A DNA stretch of 64,000 bases from an uncultured Nitrososphaerota archaeon (GTDB lineage Archaea > Thermoproteota > Nitrososphaeria > Nitrososphaerales > Gagatemarchaeaceae). Below the pieces are notes generated by a model that did no database searches, had not been told where the DNA came from, and worked only from the letters and a program-made list of their open reading frames with translations. The DNA is taken from assembly GCA_963703285.1 (NCBI GenBank), contig OY969807.1:576001-640000 (forward strand). Direction: 5' to 3'. The first letter of the stretch is position 1. Each line of letters begins with the position of its first letter. Positions 36,189 through 45,456 of the stretch are shown here, piece after piece. The translations under genes were made by a program, and so were the position numbers.

Positions 36189-39100
36189 GCCCACGCCCGC
36201 TCCACAGGGTGTGGTCCCCCCGCGCGTCGAGCAGGCGACTGCGACGGCTGCTGCCGCTCAGGTTACGGAACAGCAGGAGCAGAAATCGGGTCTGGTGTCG
36301 CAGTTCGAGTCGCAGGCTGCCAAGCAGGAGACGAAGGGCGGGGAGCTGGCCCGAGTGGATAGGCTACCCCCTGTCAGCGCCCCGAAGTCCGCGGAGCTCC
36401 GGAATCAGGAGCACACCGAGGCAGCGACTACCGGGGTCCATTCGACTCCCTTCGTCATGCGCTACCAGATTTACCCGGACCACCCCGAAGTCTACGTCGG
36501 AATCCAGAGGGACGAAGACACGGGAGGGTTCAGGTACGTCGTCGTCGAGCCGAAACTGACCATATGGGAGAAGCAGGTCTACCAGAAGCTGACGAGGCTG
36601 CTCATAGACGAGCTCGAGGTGGACATGGCCAAGCTGAAGAACAACAAGAGCGCAGAGGCGTACCTCGTCGAGGAGGCCAAGACCCTGGCGAAGAAGTACA
36701 AGATCAGCGTCGCGCCCGAGTCGTACAAGAAGATAGCCTACTACTTTACCAGGGACTACATCAAGCTCGGCAGGATCGAGGTCCTTATGAACGACCCGCG
36801 CATAGAGGACGTCAGTTGCGACGGGCCGAGGATCCCGCTCTTCATATGGCACAGGGACTACGAGTCGATCCCCACTAACATCATGTTCAACGGCGACGAG
36901 GAGCTCGACACCTTCGCGTCGAAGCTCGCCTACGTCTCGGGGAAGCACATCTCCATCGCCTCGCCTATAGTGGACGCCAGCCTCCCCGACGGGAGCAGGA
37001 TCCAGATCACCTACGGCAAGGAGATCACCAAGAAGGGGAGCACGTTCACCATAAGGAAGTTCAAGGGGGACCCGATCACGATCGTCGACCTTCTGAAGTA
37101 CAACACGCTGTCGCCTGACCTCGGCGCCTACCTCTGGTACCTGATAGAGAGGCGCATGTCGCTCCTGGTGGCCGGTGGTACGGCCTCGGGAAAAACAACG
37201 ACGTTGAACGCTCTCTCCATGTTCATCCCCCCCGACCAGAAGATAGTCTCGGTCGAGGACTCTGTGACCGCCGATTCGGAAATCCTCGTCTCCGAACGCG
37301 GCTCAATTCGCAAGGTCAAGATTGGTCCCTTCATCGACTCTTCCCTCGAGGCCTCCAAAGCGCTCACCGCGTTGGGACACGAGCTCGCGAAGCCGGACGA
37401 CCTCAAGGTCCTAACCGCAGATTCTACAGGCAGGGTGCTTTGGAGCGACTGCACCGCGCTCATCCGACACAAGGTGCACAAGGAGTTCATCAAGGTCAGG
37501 ACGCGCACGGGCAGGATGGTGGAAGTCACGGCCGACCATTCACTCTTCAGCTTGGACGAGAGGGGAGAGGTATCGAACATATCCGGACGAGACATCTCTG
37601 TCGGAACCTTCTTGGCGGTGCCACGGTCCATCCCTACCAGCAAAGCGGAGACGACCTTTGACCTCAGCACGCTCCCAGAGTATTCTGAATGCATCATCAA
37701 GGCATCGCCCGCCACGGATAGCGGTAGTCAACCACAGCTCAGGGTCTACGCGCAAAAGAGCTCGATGTCAATCCCGGCTCAGATTGCACTCGGCGAAGAT
37801 ATCGCCTTCCTCGCTGGGCTCTGGGTGGCCGACGGTTTCTACGGCAAGAGGACTGTCGGCTTCTCCGCCGGAGCAAAGGACATCGAGTCGAGGATACGGA
37901 ACGCCACGACAGCTCTCGGCCTCAACCTCACTCGGCATAGCGATGGGGTTTCGCTGCTCATTCATTCCCAGCCGCTCAAGACATTCTTCGAGAAGACGCT
38001 GGAGCTCATTGGGGATGACTATTCGAGGCACGTGCCGGATGTCTTCTTTGGCGCGCCGGACAACGTCGTCGCTTCGTTCCTGCGAGGTTACTTCACCGGA
38101 GACGGAAGCGTGGAAGCGAGCGAGGTCTACGTCGAATCCGCATCTATGCAGCTGCTGAGCGACATCCAGACGCTGCTGCTGAGATTCGGCATCATCCTCT
38201 CAGTCGGGAACAAACGAAAGATAGGAAGCCTGGGGGGACTCGGGACCTTCCGAGCGGCAATCGTCGGGACGACTCAGGTGTCAGCCTTCGCCAGGAAAGT
38301 CGGATTCGAACAAACCACCCAGATGCGGAAGATGTTCAAGAGGACGAAGACTTCGAAGTACTACCTTGACCCGGTCCCTCTCTGTGACTTGCTCATTGGA
38401 GAGGTCCAGTCGACCAAGAAGAGGATGAGATGGGGACAGAGAGATGCGCTCCGTCAGCGGCTGAATATGGGAGTCGCTAGACGAGTCGTCGCGCGGAAGA
38501 CGCTCTTGGACCTCGCCGAGGTGGACCCGGAGTTCAGGGGGAGCAAGGCGTACGCGCTCGCGACGAGCGAATTCTACTTCGACCGGGCGGTGGCGATAGA
38601 GCGCAGCAATCGCGAAGAGATGGTCTACGACCTCAGCGTCCCGGAGACGGGTCGGTTCATCGCCAACAACATCCTCTGCCACAACACCCCTGAGCTCAAC
38701 CTCTCGCACAAGAACTGGATTCAGTCGGTCTCGAGGGGAGGCGGCGTCGCCGGCGAGATCACGCTCTTCGACCTCCTCAAGGCTGCGATGCGCCAGCGCC
38801 CGGACATAATAATCGTCGGGGAGGTGAGGGGTGTGGAGGCGTTCACTCTCTTCCAGGCGATTGCCAGCGTCGCCGGCGACACGCCGGTGCTCGTTCGCGA
38901 GAAAGGGGAAGTGAGACTTAGGGCTATAGCCGACCTGGTCGATCCGTTCTACTCCGGAGAAGAGGAGAGGGTTCCTAAGCACGTCGATGGCCAGGAGGTC
39001 CTCTCGTTTGAGAAGAGCGGGGCTGTCTCCTTCAGCCCGGTGAAGTACGTGTTGAGGCACAAGGCGGATGAGATCTTCGCGCTGGCATACCCAGGGGGTC

Positions 39101-40821
39101 GCGTCCGGGCGACCGGCAGCCACTCGGTCTTCGTATTCGACACTAACGGCAAGGTGGTGACGAAGGCGGTCAGCGACGTCTCGACCGATGACGTGATGGT
39201 CAGCTTCTGCGGCTCTGAGATCGAGAGGAAGCGGCCTTCGGTCGATGTCGAGCAGATCCTGCGCGCGGTCCAGGGCCACAGAGTGATCACGGAGAAGCCC
39301 AGGCCGATATGCCCGCAGTGTGGCGCCTCCGCCGCGAGGCTGAAGGGAAGGATAGCGAATCACCAGAGGTACCAGTGTGGAAGCTGCCAAGGGACCTTCG
39401 TGGAGTCGCCGGAGCTGGTGTTCACCAACGCACTGCTTTCCGACGGCGCCTCCCTCGTCTCGTTCGAGAGGTCGCTTGCCCTGCCCAAGACAATGGAGGT
39501 CGACGAGCAGTTCGCGAGAGTCCTTGGAATCTATCTTGCGGACGGGTGCGTCAAGACCCACAAGGGGTCGAGCAGAATCGTGTTCTGCCTGGGGGCCGGA
39601 GAGAAGGCCCAGTTTGCCGGCGACGTGACCCGATTCTTCGGCCGGTTCGGCTCTGAACCGTCTGTGGACGACAGAGGGACGTACGTCATGCTGGAGTTCA
39701 ACCACAGCCCGCTGGCCGAGGTCTTCCGTGCCCTCTGCGGGGCCAAGCTCGAAGAGAAGAGGGTTCCCGCCTTTGTCTGGTCGGCCCCCGAATCGCTGGT
39801 TCACGCTTTCCTTTCAGGATGGGAGGCGGACGGCCACCGCACCGTGAAGGACAGAAGGTCGGTGCCCATCAGCTCGGCCAGAAAGGACCTGGTCGACTCC
39901 ATCTCGTGGCTTGCCAGGCTCAACTCCAGGACGACTTACATCTCCGAGAGGTCGTCCAAGTACCCCTCGGTGTACGTCTCGAAACCGCAGCATGACAGCA
40001 GGTCTGACTCCATCCCAGCGGGAATGCTGCTCAAGCTCAAGGAAGCCATGGGGTCGAAGGCGTGGATCTACATGCCGAAGAGGTCCAACAGGACGATATC
40101 CAAGACGAGAGCACAGAGAGCACTCCAGGAGATAATCGCGACGTCCACCAAGGAGATGACTTGGGAGGCCGCCCAGCTAGTCAGCTCCATCTCAGCCTTG
40201 ATAGGGGGGTCTCTGATCGCCTCTCGCGTGCTCGGTGTGGAGAAGGAGGAGTTCAACGGATACGTCTACGACATCTCGGTGCCAGGAACAGAGGCGTTCT
40301 TCGGCGGGGACTCTCCCGTCGCTCTCCACAACACTGGCCACGGCGGCCTCGGAACGGTCCACGCCGACTCCGTGGAGGCCGCCATCAACAGGCTGACGAC
40401 CGAGCCGATGAACGTCCCGAAGAGCCTCCTCGGCTCGACGCTCGACTGCCTCATCATGCAGCTAAGGATAAAGATGAAGGACAAGAGCGTCAGGCGCATG
40501 GTGCACGTCGCGGAGATTGTGGGCCACGAGTCCAGCTCGGACCAGATCGTGCTCAACAACGCTTTCAAGTGGGACCCCGTCACCGACAAGTACCTCTTCG
40601 CCGGGAGGAGCCGCCTCTTCGACAAGATCACAAAGCGGTACGGGACGACTCCCGAGAAGATAAGGCAGGACCTCGAGGACCGCAAGATATTCCTAACCTG
40701 GCTCGTCAAGAAGAACATCCGCGACTACAGGGACCTGTCCCAGCAGATCAGGGAGTTCTACTCCGACACCAATAAGGCAATAGACCGGGCGATGAGGGAC
40801 CTTGAGGAGCCCGGCGCTTGA
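36175..40821 (+). CDS. Type II/IV secretion (pilus assembly) ATPase, TadA/ArlI-like, with two inteins
   Basis: DVSCDG, FTIRKF, GGTASGKTT, VED|TPEL, MRQRPDIIIVGEVRG, TGH motifs. Confidence 0.9.
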   Translation: MAAPEPTPAPQGVVPPRVEQATATAAAAQVTEQQEQKSGLVSQFESQAAKQETKGGELARVDRLPPVSAPKSAELRNQEHTEAATTGVHSTPFVMRYQIYPDHPEVYVGIQRDEDTGGFRYVVVEPKLTIWEKQVYQKLTRLLIDELEVDMAKLKNNKSAEAYLVEEAKTLAKKYKISVAPESYKKIAYYFTRDYIKLGRIEVLMNDPRIEDVSCDGPRIPLFIWHRDYESIPTNIMFNGDEELDTFASKLAYVSGKHISIASPIVDASLPDGSRIQITYGKEITKKGSTFTIRKFKGDPITIVDLLKYNTLSPDLGAYLWYLIERRMSLLVAGGTASGKTTTLNALSMFIPPDQKIVSVEDSVTADSEILVSERGSIRKVKIGPFIDSSLEASKALTALGHELAKPDDLKVLTADSTGRVLWSDCTALIRHKVHKEFIKVRTRTGRMVEVTADHSLFSLDERGEVSNISGRDISVGTFLAVPRSIPTSKAETTFDLSTLPEYSECIIKASPATDSGSQPQLRVYAQKSSMSIPAQIALGEDIAFLAGLWVADGFYGKRTVGFSAGAKDIESRIRNATTALGLNLTRHSDGVSLLIHSQPLKTFFEKTLELIGDDYSRHVPDVFFGAPDNVVASFLRGYFTGDGSVEASEVYVESASMQLLSDIQTLLLRFGIILSVGNKRKIGSLGGLGTFRAAIVGTTQVSAFARKVGFEQTTQMRKMFKRTKTSKYYLDPVPLCDLLIGEVQSTKKRMRWGQRDALRQRLNMGVARRVVARKTLLDLAEVDPEFRGSKAYALATSEFYFDRAVAIERSNREEMVYDLSVPETGRFIANNILCHNTPELNLSHKNWIQSVSRGGGVAGEITLFDLLKAAMRQRPDIIIVGEVRGVEAFTLFQAIASVAGDTPVLVREKGEVRLRAIADLVDPFYSGEEERVPKHVDGQEVLSFEKSGAVSFSPVKYVLRHKADEIFALAYPGGRVRATGSHSVFVFDTNGKVVTKAVSDVSTDDVMVSFCGSEIERKRPSVDVEQILRAVQGHRVITEKPRPICPQCGASAARLKGRIANHQRYQCGSCQGTFVESPELVFTNALLSDGASLVSFERSLALPKTMEVDEQFARVLGIYLADGCVKTHKGSSRIVFCLGAGEKAQFAGDVTRFFGRFGSEPSVDDRGTYVMLEFNHSPLAEVFRALCGAKLEEKRVPAFVWSAPESLVHAFLSGWEADGHRTVKDRRSVPISSARKDLVDSISWLARLNSRTTYISERSSKYPSVYVSKPQHDSRSDSIPAGMLLKLKEAMGSKAWIYMPKRSNRTISKTRAQRALQEIIATSTKEMTWEAAQLVSSISALIGGSLIASRVLGVEKEEFNGYVYDISVPGTEAFFGGDSPVALHNTGHGGLGTVHADSVEAAINRLTTEPMNVPKSLLGSTLDCLIMQLRIKMKDKSVRRMVHVAEIVGHESSSDQIVLNNAFKWDPVTDKYLFAGRSRLFDKITKRYGTTPEKIRQDLEDRKIFLTWLVKKNIRDYRDLSQQIREFYSDTNKAIDRAMRDLEEPGA
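37261..38685 (+). mobile_element. Intein 1 (475 aa) with LAGLIDADG homing endonuclease
   Basis: Starts SVTADS, block B VTADHS, FLAGLWVADG/FLRGYFTGDG, VYDLSV..., ends CHN|T; interrupts the VED-TPE motif. Confidence 0.9.
38866..40332 (+). mobile_element. Intein 2 (489 aa) with LAGLIDADG homing endonuclease and zinc-ribbon insert
   Basis: Starts SVAGDT, ATGSHS, LGIYLADG/FLSGWEADG, VYDISV..., ends LHN|T; interrupts QAIA-TGH. Confidence 0.9.
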
Positions 40822-41753
40822 AACCCCAGACCAGCAACAAAACCGCAAAGAGAGTCAAACCCAAGGCCGAGGGCGGGCTAGGGCGGGCATACTGGAGGTT
40901 CGCCTACTTCCATCTGGACAAGCACATGGGACGCCTCTACAAGGCCTGCATGTCGATCGAGCCGCAGATACGCAAGGGCGGGATGAGGCTGAGTTACCAG
41001 GCGTACCTCTGCGGGATGACCCTCACGACCATCATCGCGGGCGTCGTCGCCCTGGTGGTGGGACTGGTCCTCGACGCAACCGTGAGTTTCCCCATCGGCA
41101 CCAAGATCGGGCTGCCCATAGGATTGATGATCACAGCCGGGATAGCCTTCTTCGGATTCCAGTTCCTCAGGCCGAGGTTCAAACTGAACGGCAGGAAGCG
41201 ACAGATCGACGAGGAGCTCGCCTACGTCGTCAGCAGGATGGCCGTCCTCTCTGCGAGCGGGATGACTCCCGCGACGGTGATCAGGGAGATCGCCGCCGAC
41301 GACTCCAAAGAGACGATAGTCCAGGAGTTCAGAAAGATAGTGAGAGACCAGAACCTCCTGGGCATGGACCTGACACAGGCGCTCATAGAAGCGCGAAAGC
41401 GGTCCGCGTCCGACGAGTTCGCCGCCTTCCTCGATGGGATGATCTCCACCTCCAACTCGGGAGCCAGCATTCAGGACTACTTCGTCAAGTCGTCGAAGAC
41501 GCTGATGAACGACAAGAGGCTGAAGACCAAGCAGTTCTCGGAGACCCTGGGGGTGATAGCGGAGATGTACACGACGATACTCGTCGTCATGCCGCTCATC
41601 CTCATCATCCTCTTCGCCGTGATGGGTGTCATCTCAGGCAGCCTCGGAGGTATCAGCATAACCCTGCTCATCGAGCTCGTCGTCTACGTCATGGTGCCGA
41701 TAGGGGGCGCCGTCATAATGGTGATGGCGGACGGGATAATGCCCAAGAGATGA
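40818..41753 (+). CDS. T2SS F-family (TadB/ArlJ-like) pilus platform protein
   Basis: IDEELAY..SASG, GMDL..AL motifs; TM pattern; overlaps the ATPase stop. Confidence 0.9.
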   Translation: MKPQTSNKTAKRVKPKAEGGLGRAYWRFAYFHLDKHMGRLYKACMSIEPQIRKGGMRLSYQAYLCGMTLTTIIAGVVALVVGLVLDATVSFPIGTKIGLPIGLMITAGIAFFGFQFLRPRFKLNGRKRQIDEELAYVVSRMAVLSASGMTPATVIREIAADDSKETIVQEFRKIVRDQNLLGMDLTQALIEARKRSASDEFAAFLDGMISTSNSGASIQDYFVKSSKTLMNDKRLKTKQFSETLGVIAEMYTTILVVMPLILIILFAVMGVISGSLGGISITLLIELVVYVMVPIGGAVIMVMADGIMPKR

Positions 41754-41754
41754 T

Positions 41755-42621
41755 GTGGCCGTGAGTCTCAGAGCGGCATACGCATACAGGAACTTCGTCT
41801 ACGCAGTCTCGATGGTGGGCGCCGTCATCGTCTCGATCATCGTGGCCGCCCTGATGGCCTCCGGCCGCCTGTCGCTGCCATTCTCTGCCCCGACCATCAT
41901 CATCCTCGTCTTCATCGCGTTCCTCGTCTTTCCGAACTTCATGGAGCTGGCCTACCAGAGATGGAGGAGGCAGATCGACGACGCGATACCGGCGCTGCTG
42001 ACCGACATCTCTGCAGAGGTCAAGACGGGCATCAGCCTGGACCGGGCGCTCGAGATCGCCTCCACCAAGAACTACGGTCCGCTGCAGGGGGAGCTCAAGA
42101 AGCTCCACACGCAGCTCCAGCTCGGTGTTCCCTTCGACGTGGCTGTGGACAACCTGACGAAGAGGGTCAGGACGAGCATGGTCAAGCGAACCTTCGGCAT
42201 GCTCGAGCAGGCGAACAGGGCGGGCGGGAAGATCGAGGAGCTCCTGGACATCATCCAGTCGGACGCCAACGAGCTCTTCCTGCTGGACAAAGAAAGGAGG
42301 TCCGCCCTGAGGCCCTACGTCGTCGTGATCTACATCGCCTACGGAGTCTTCGTCGCAGTCTCCGTGCTTCTGGTGGACAGCTTCTTCAAGCAGGTGCTCG
42401 GCTCGAGTACCGGTACCACGGTGAACTTCGGTAGCGGCAACGGCCTCGCGGGTCTGACCCTGCCCGCCGTCAAGGACCTCTTCCTGCAGATGGCGCTGAT
42501 AGAGGCGATATTCGGCGGGTTCGGCGCGGGCAAGCTAGGTGAGGGCAGCTTCACCGCAGGGTTCAAGCACGTGCTGATAATGGCAGTCGTCACGGTTGCC
42601 GTGTTCCTGGTAATCGTCTAA
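41755..42621 (+). CDS. T2SS F-family (TadC-like) pilus platform protein
   Basis: IDDAIPALL, YGPL..EL, GKLGEG...GFKH motifs. Confidence 0.9.
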   Translation: MAVSLRAAYAYRNFVYAVSMVGAVIVSIIVAALMASGRLSLPFSAPTIIILVFIAFLVFPNFMELAYQRWRRQIDDAIPALLTDISAEVKTGISLDRALEIASTKNYGPLQGELKKLHTQLQLGVPFDVAVDNLTKRVRTSMVKRTFGMLEQANRAGGKIEELLDIIQSDANELFLLDKERRSALRPYVVVIYIAYGVFVAVSVLLVDSFFKQVLGSSTGTTVNFGSGNGLAGLTLPAVKDLFLQMALIEAIFGGFGAGKLGEGSFTAGFKHVLIMAVVTVAVFLVIV

Positions 42622-42629
42622 GTCAGACG

Positions 42630-44882
42630 CTAGGGCGAGACTATTGTCGAGGAGATTGAGAGCCCCTTATTCGTCACCACGGTGACTACGTAGGTCTGAT
42701 CCGTCCTCCACACGAACGCTAGCTGGAAAGACTGACTCTGACCCTGGTTCACGTAGCACGGAGACGGAGCTGGGGTGGCTAACCCTGCAAAATCCTCGCA
42801 GAGGTAATTGCCTGAGACTTGAAGCACTGGGGTAACGTAGTAGCTCGAAACCCCATCAGGCCCAGAGATGTATATGTTCGAGAAGGCGACCGGAAAGGTG
42901 CTGTTGTTGAGTAATGTCAGACTCACGGTATTCTGCTGGTACGTCTGGACGATGGCGGACGAAGACACGGTCAGCGACGTGAAGTCGTAGTTGACGCCGA
43001 GCTTGTTGCCGTCGGAGATGGCGTACACTCGGACGCACAACCCTGGCGCCCCGCAGATCGACCCGCTCGTGTCGATGAAGTTGGACGCTGACGCGGCGGG
43101 AATGGACACGGATATCGTCGCGGAACTTGACAGTTCCAGCTGGCCGATCTCTACCCAGACGGGCGCGGGAGTGCCGCGAGAGACGTCTCCTAGGAACACG
43201 TATGCCGTGACGTTGGCGTTGGCGATCGGATCAAGAGCTAGGTTGGTCGTGAGGGTGATGGACTGGACCTCCGAAGGCTCCGCGGTAACAGGAATCTCGA
43301 GTAGACCGCAGGGCACTGTCGCAGGCGGAGGCGAGGAGTTGACGCAAGCCGACCCGGCCATCGCATTGTCCACGTAGTAGGCGCCCGACACGTCCTGAAG
43401 GGAGAGACCGATATCGTCGAAGTGCATCAGGAGCAATGAGGGATAGTATACGCTAGGCGGACTGGACGCGGGCATGCTCGCAGTCACGGAGATGACGAGT
43501 TCGTAAAGGCACGATGGCTTCCCAGCTACGTCACAGTATGCCGGGTTCCAGGTCCATCCGGGGTATCCTTGCTGGACAGCCAGCGTGTTCGGGTTGAAGT
43601 ACGGCTCGGTGCAAGTGGTTGAGCCGGGTCCGCAGGTGACCCATCCCGAGGAACTGAAGTCGTTCACCTGGGTGGGCACGACCGGCGTCGTGTTGGGTAT
43701 CTGAATCATCTCGTTGACCGTACCGGTGTTAGTCAGCTGGACCAGGTAAGCGTCGATAAGGATGAGCGGGTTGGGAGGCGCGATAACCTGGTCCAGCGAG
43801 TAGCCGAAGTTGACCGCGTCGGGCGACCCTGCCACGGCGAGCGCGTCCGCCTGGCCTGCGTCGATCGTGAACGCGGCGGTGTAATTCATGATCGCGGTGA
43901 GCTGCTGCCCGCCCGTCAGGGTCGTGCCGTTGTATGTCGGCTGGAAGTCCAGGTAAACACTGCCCGGACCGCTCTCCGAACCGACGCCGGCCGAGATCGG
44001 GTCATAGCCGCCAACCGCTCCTCCTGGAATCACGCCTTGCGGCTCCGCACAGATGTTCCACGTAGCCGGCGAGGGACACAGGTTGGGGACCGACACTCCT
44101 CCGGGGCCGCCGGTGACGACCTGAGTCGTTACGGTCGCCGACCCTTCGTCGTTAATTTGCACGCCGTGGAAGACCGTCTCCCATGTCAGCGTTGCCGTCT
44201 GGAAGTAAGACCCGGGCACGCCCGGTGCAAGCGCAGTCCAGTTGAAGAGGAGCGGTCCGCTGGCAGACGGGATTCCCCCTCCGGCGACCGCTGTCCAAGT
44301 GATCGTGTTGCCAGCGACCGTAGGCGCGTTCCATCCGGCCGGCTGAGCCCCCTGTGGAAGCCCCACGAGGCTGAAGCGGGAATCGACCTGCAGCGTGACC
44401 TTGGTGATGCAGGATGTCTGGGCTGCGCAGGTGCCCGAGGCATCAGCGTTGCTCACCCCCAGAGAAAAGACTGTTTCCCCCGGTATGATGTTGAGGAATG
44501 TGTTCGTCACGTACCCGTCGTCCCTCACAATCTTGTAGTTGCGCGAGAAGACCCATCCGCTCATGCTGTTGCTGAAGTTCATGTTAGCTATTGGGAGCAG
44601 AGAGCGAGTCGACGCACCGTCGTTCTGAACTGCGGCCAGAGTCTCGGAACCGGGAACGGAATTTGAAGAGGCCAGCCCGCCAAAATCGATTGCAGACAGG
44701 TCGACGCTCGTCACCCTGTTCTGAGCGTCCTGCTGGTCGACCTGCTTGAACAGGAGCGAGTAGTTGCCGAACGACTGGAAGACGAGTACGGTCGCTGAGA
44801 AGACGAGGAACACTACCAGTACGAAGAATATCGCTCCGATGACGCTGCTGACTCCGGAGCGCCTACGCCTTTTCGTAAGCAA
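42630..44882 (-). CDS. Large type IV pilin-like protein (class III signal peptide)
   Basis: KRRRRSG|VSSVIGAIFF; paralog of 25509-27819. Confidence 0.85.
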   Translation of the reverse strand: MLTKRRRRSGVSSVIGAIFFVLVVFLVFSATVLVFQSFGNYSLLFKQVDQQDAQNRVTSVDLSAIDFGGLASSNSVPGSETLAAVQNDGASTRSLLPIANMNFSNSMSGWVFSRNYKIVRDDGYVTNTFLNIIPGETVFSLGVSNADASGTCAAQTSCITKVTLQVDSRFSLVGLPQGAQPAGWNAPTVAGNTITWTAVAGGGIPSASGPLLFNWTALAPGVPGSYFQTATLTWETVFHGVQINDEGSATVTTQVVTGGPGGVSVPNLCPSPATWNICAEPQGVIPGGAVGGYDPISAGVGSESGPGSVYLDFQPTYNGTTLTGGQQLTAIMNYTAAFTIDAGQADALAVAGSPDAVNFGYSLDQVIAPPNPLILIDAYLVQLTNTGTVNEMIQIPNTTPVVPTQVNDFSSSGWVTCGPGSTTCTEPYFNPNTLAVQQGYPGWTWNPAYCDVAGKPSCLYELVISVTASMPASSPPSVYYPSLLLMHFDDIGLSLQDVSGAYYVDNAMAGSACVNSSPPPATVPCGLLEIPVTAEPSEVQSITLTTNLALDPIANANVTAYVFLGDVSRGTPAPVWVEIGQLELSSSATISVSIPAASASNFIDTSGSICGAPGLCVRVYAISDGNKLGVNYDFTSLTVSSSAIVQTYQQNTVSLTLLNNSTFPVAFSNIYISGPDGVSSYYVTPVLQVSGNYLCEDFAGLATPAPSPCYVNQGQSQSFQLAFVWRTDQTYVVTVVTNKGLSISSTIVSP

Positions 44883-45447
44883 CTATCTGGTTACCTCTGG
44901 CGGTTATCAGCGTGAACGCGTATGTGGTACCCGCACTAACGGGGCCGTTGGTTTCGAATCTCAGCATGACCGTTTGTCCCGGTGGAATTGAGAGAATGCA
45001 TGTGCCGGAGCAAAGTGATTGGGGGTTGCCTCCGCCTACGTCTGGCAACAGGATGTCATAGTGACCACCGACCGTGTCAAATGCGAGGAATTCGATGTTC
45101 GCGCCGCCAAAAGGCGCGCCCGAGTTGACATTCGTTACGAAAACATCATTGATCGTCGCAGTATTCGAACCCGAGTTGCCGATGAATATGTCGCCTGCGC
45201 ATTCCAATGGAATGCCACAGCTGTCAGCAATACCGGTATCGTTGTGCAGGAAGTAGACCTGTTCGACGACGACATTCTCGGTCAGCTGGCTCCCCGCATT
45301 CTGGACAAGATTTGAGAATCCAGCCCCAAATCCTCCGAACGCTGTCGATGCGAAGCTATAGACCAGTGTGCCTATGGCCACGGTTATGACAATCAAGAGG
45401 AGTTCCGCGATGACGGGGCTGACCGCGCGCCTCTTCGTGAAACGCAA
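44863..45447 (-). CDS. Archaeal type IV pilin
   Basis: KRRA|VSPVIAELLLIVITV; C-terminal ITARGN. Confidence 0.9.
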   Translation of the reverse strand: MRFTKRRAVSPVIAELLLIVITVAIGTLVYSFASTAFGGFGAGFSNLVQNAGSQLTENVVVEQVYFLHNDTGIADSCGIPLECAGDIFIGNSGSNTATINDVFVTNVNSGAPFGGANIEFLAFDTVGGHYDILLPDVGGGNPQSLCSGTCILSIPPGQTVMLRFETNGPVSAGTTYAFTLITARGNQIVAYEKA

Positions 45448-45456
45448 GACGATGCA

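Noticed and set aside
38281-39804. 507-aa antisense ORF and similar long shadow ORFs (e.g. 11366-12172, 3048-4013, 4256-4936)
   Set aside because: They overlap well-supported genes and are expected by-products of high-GC codon bias
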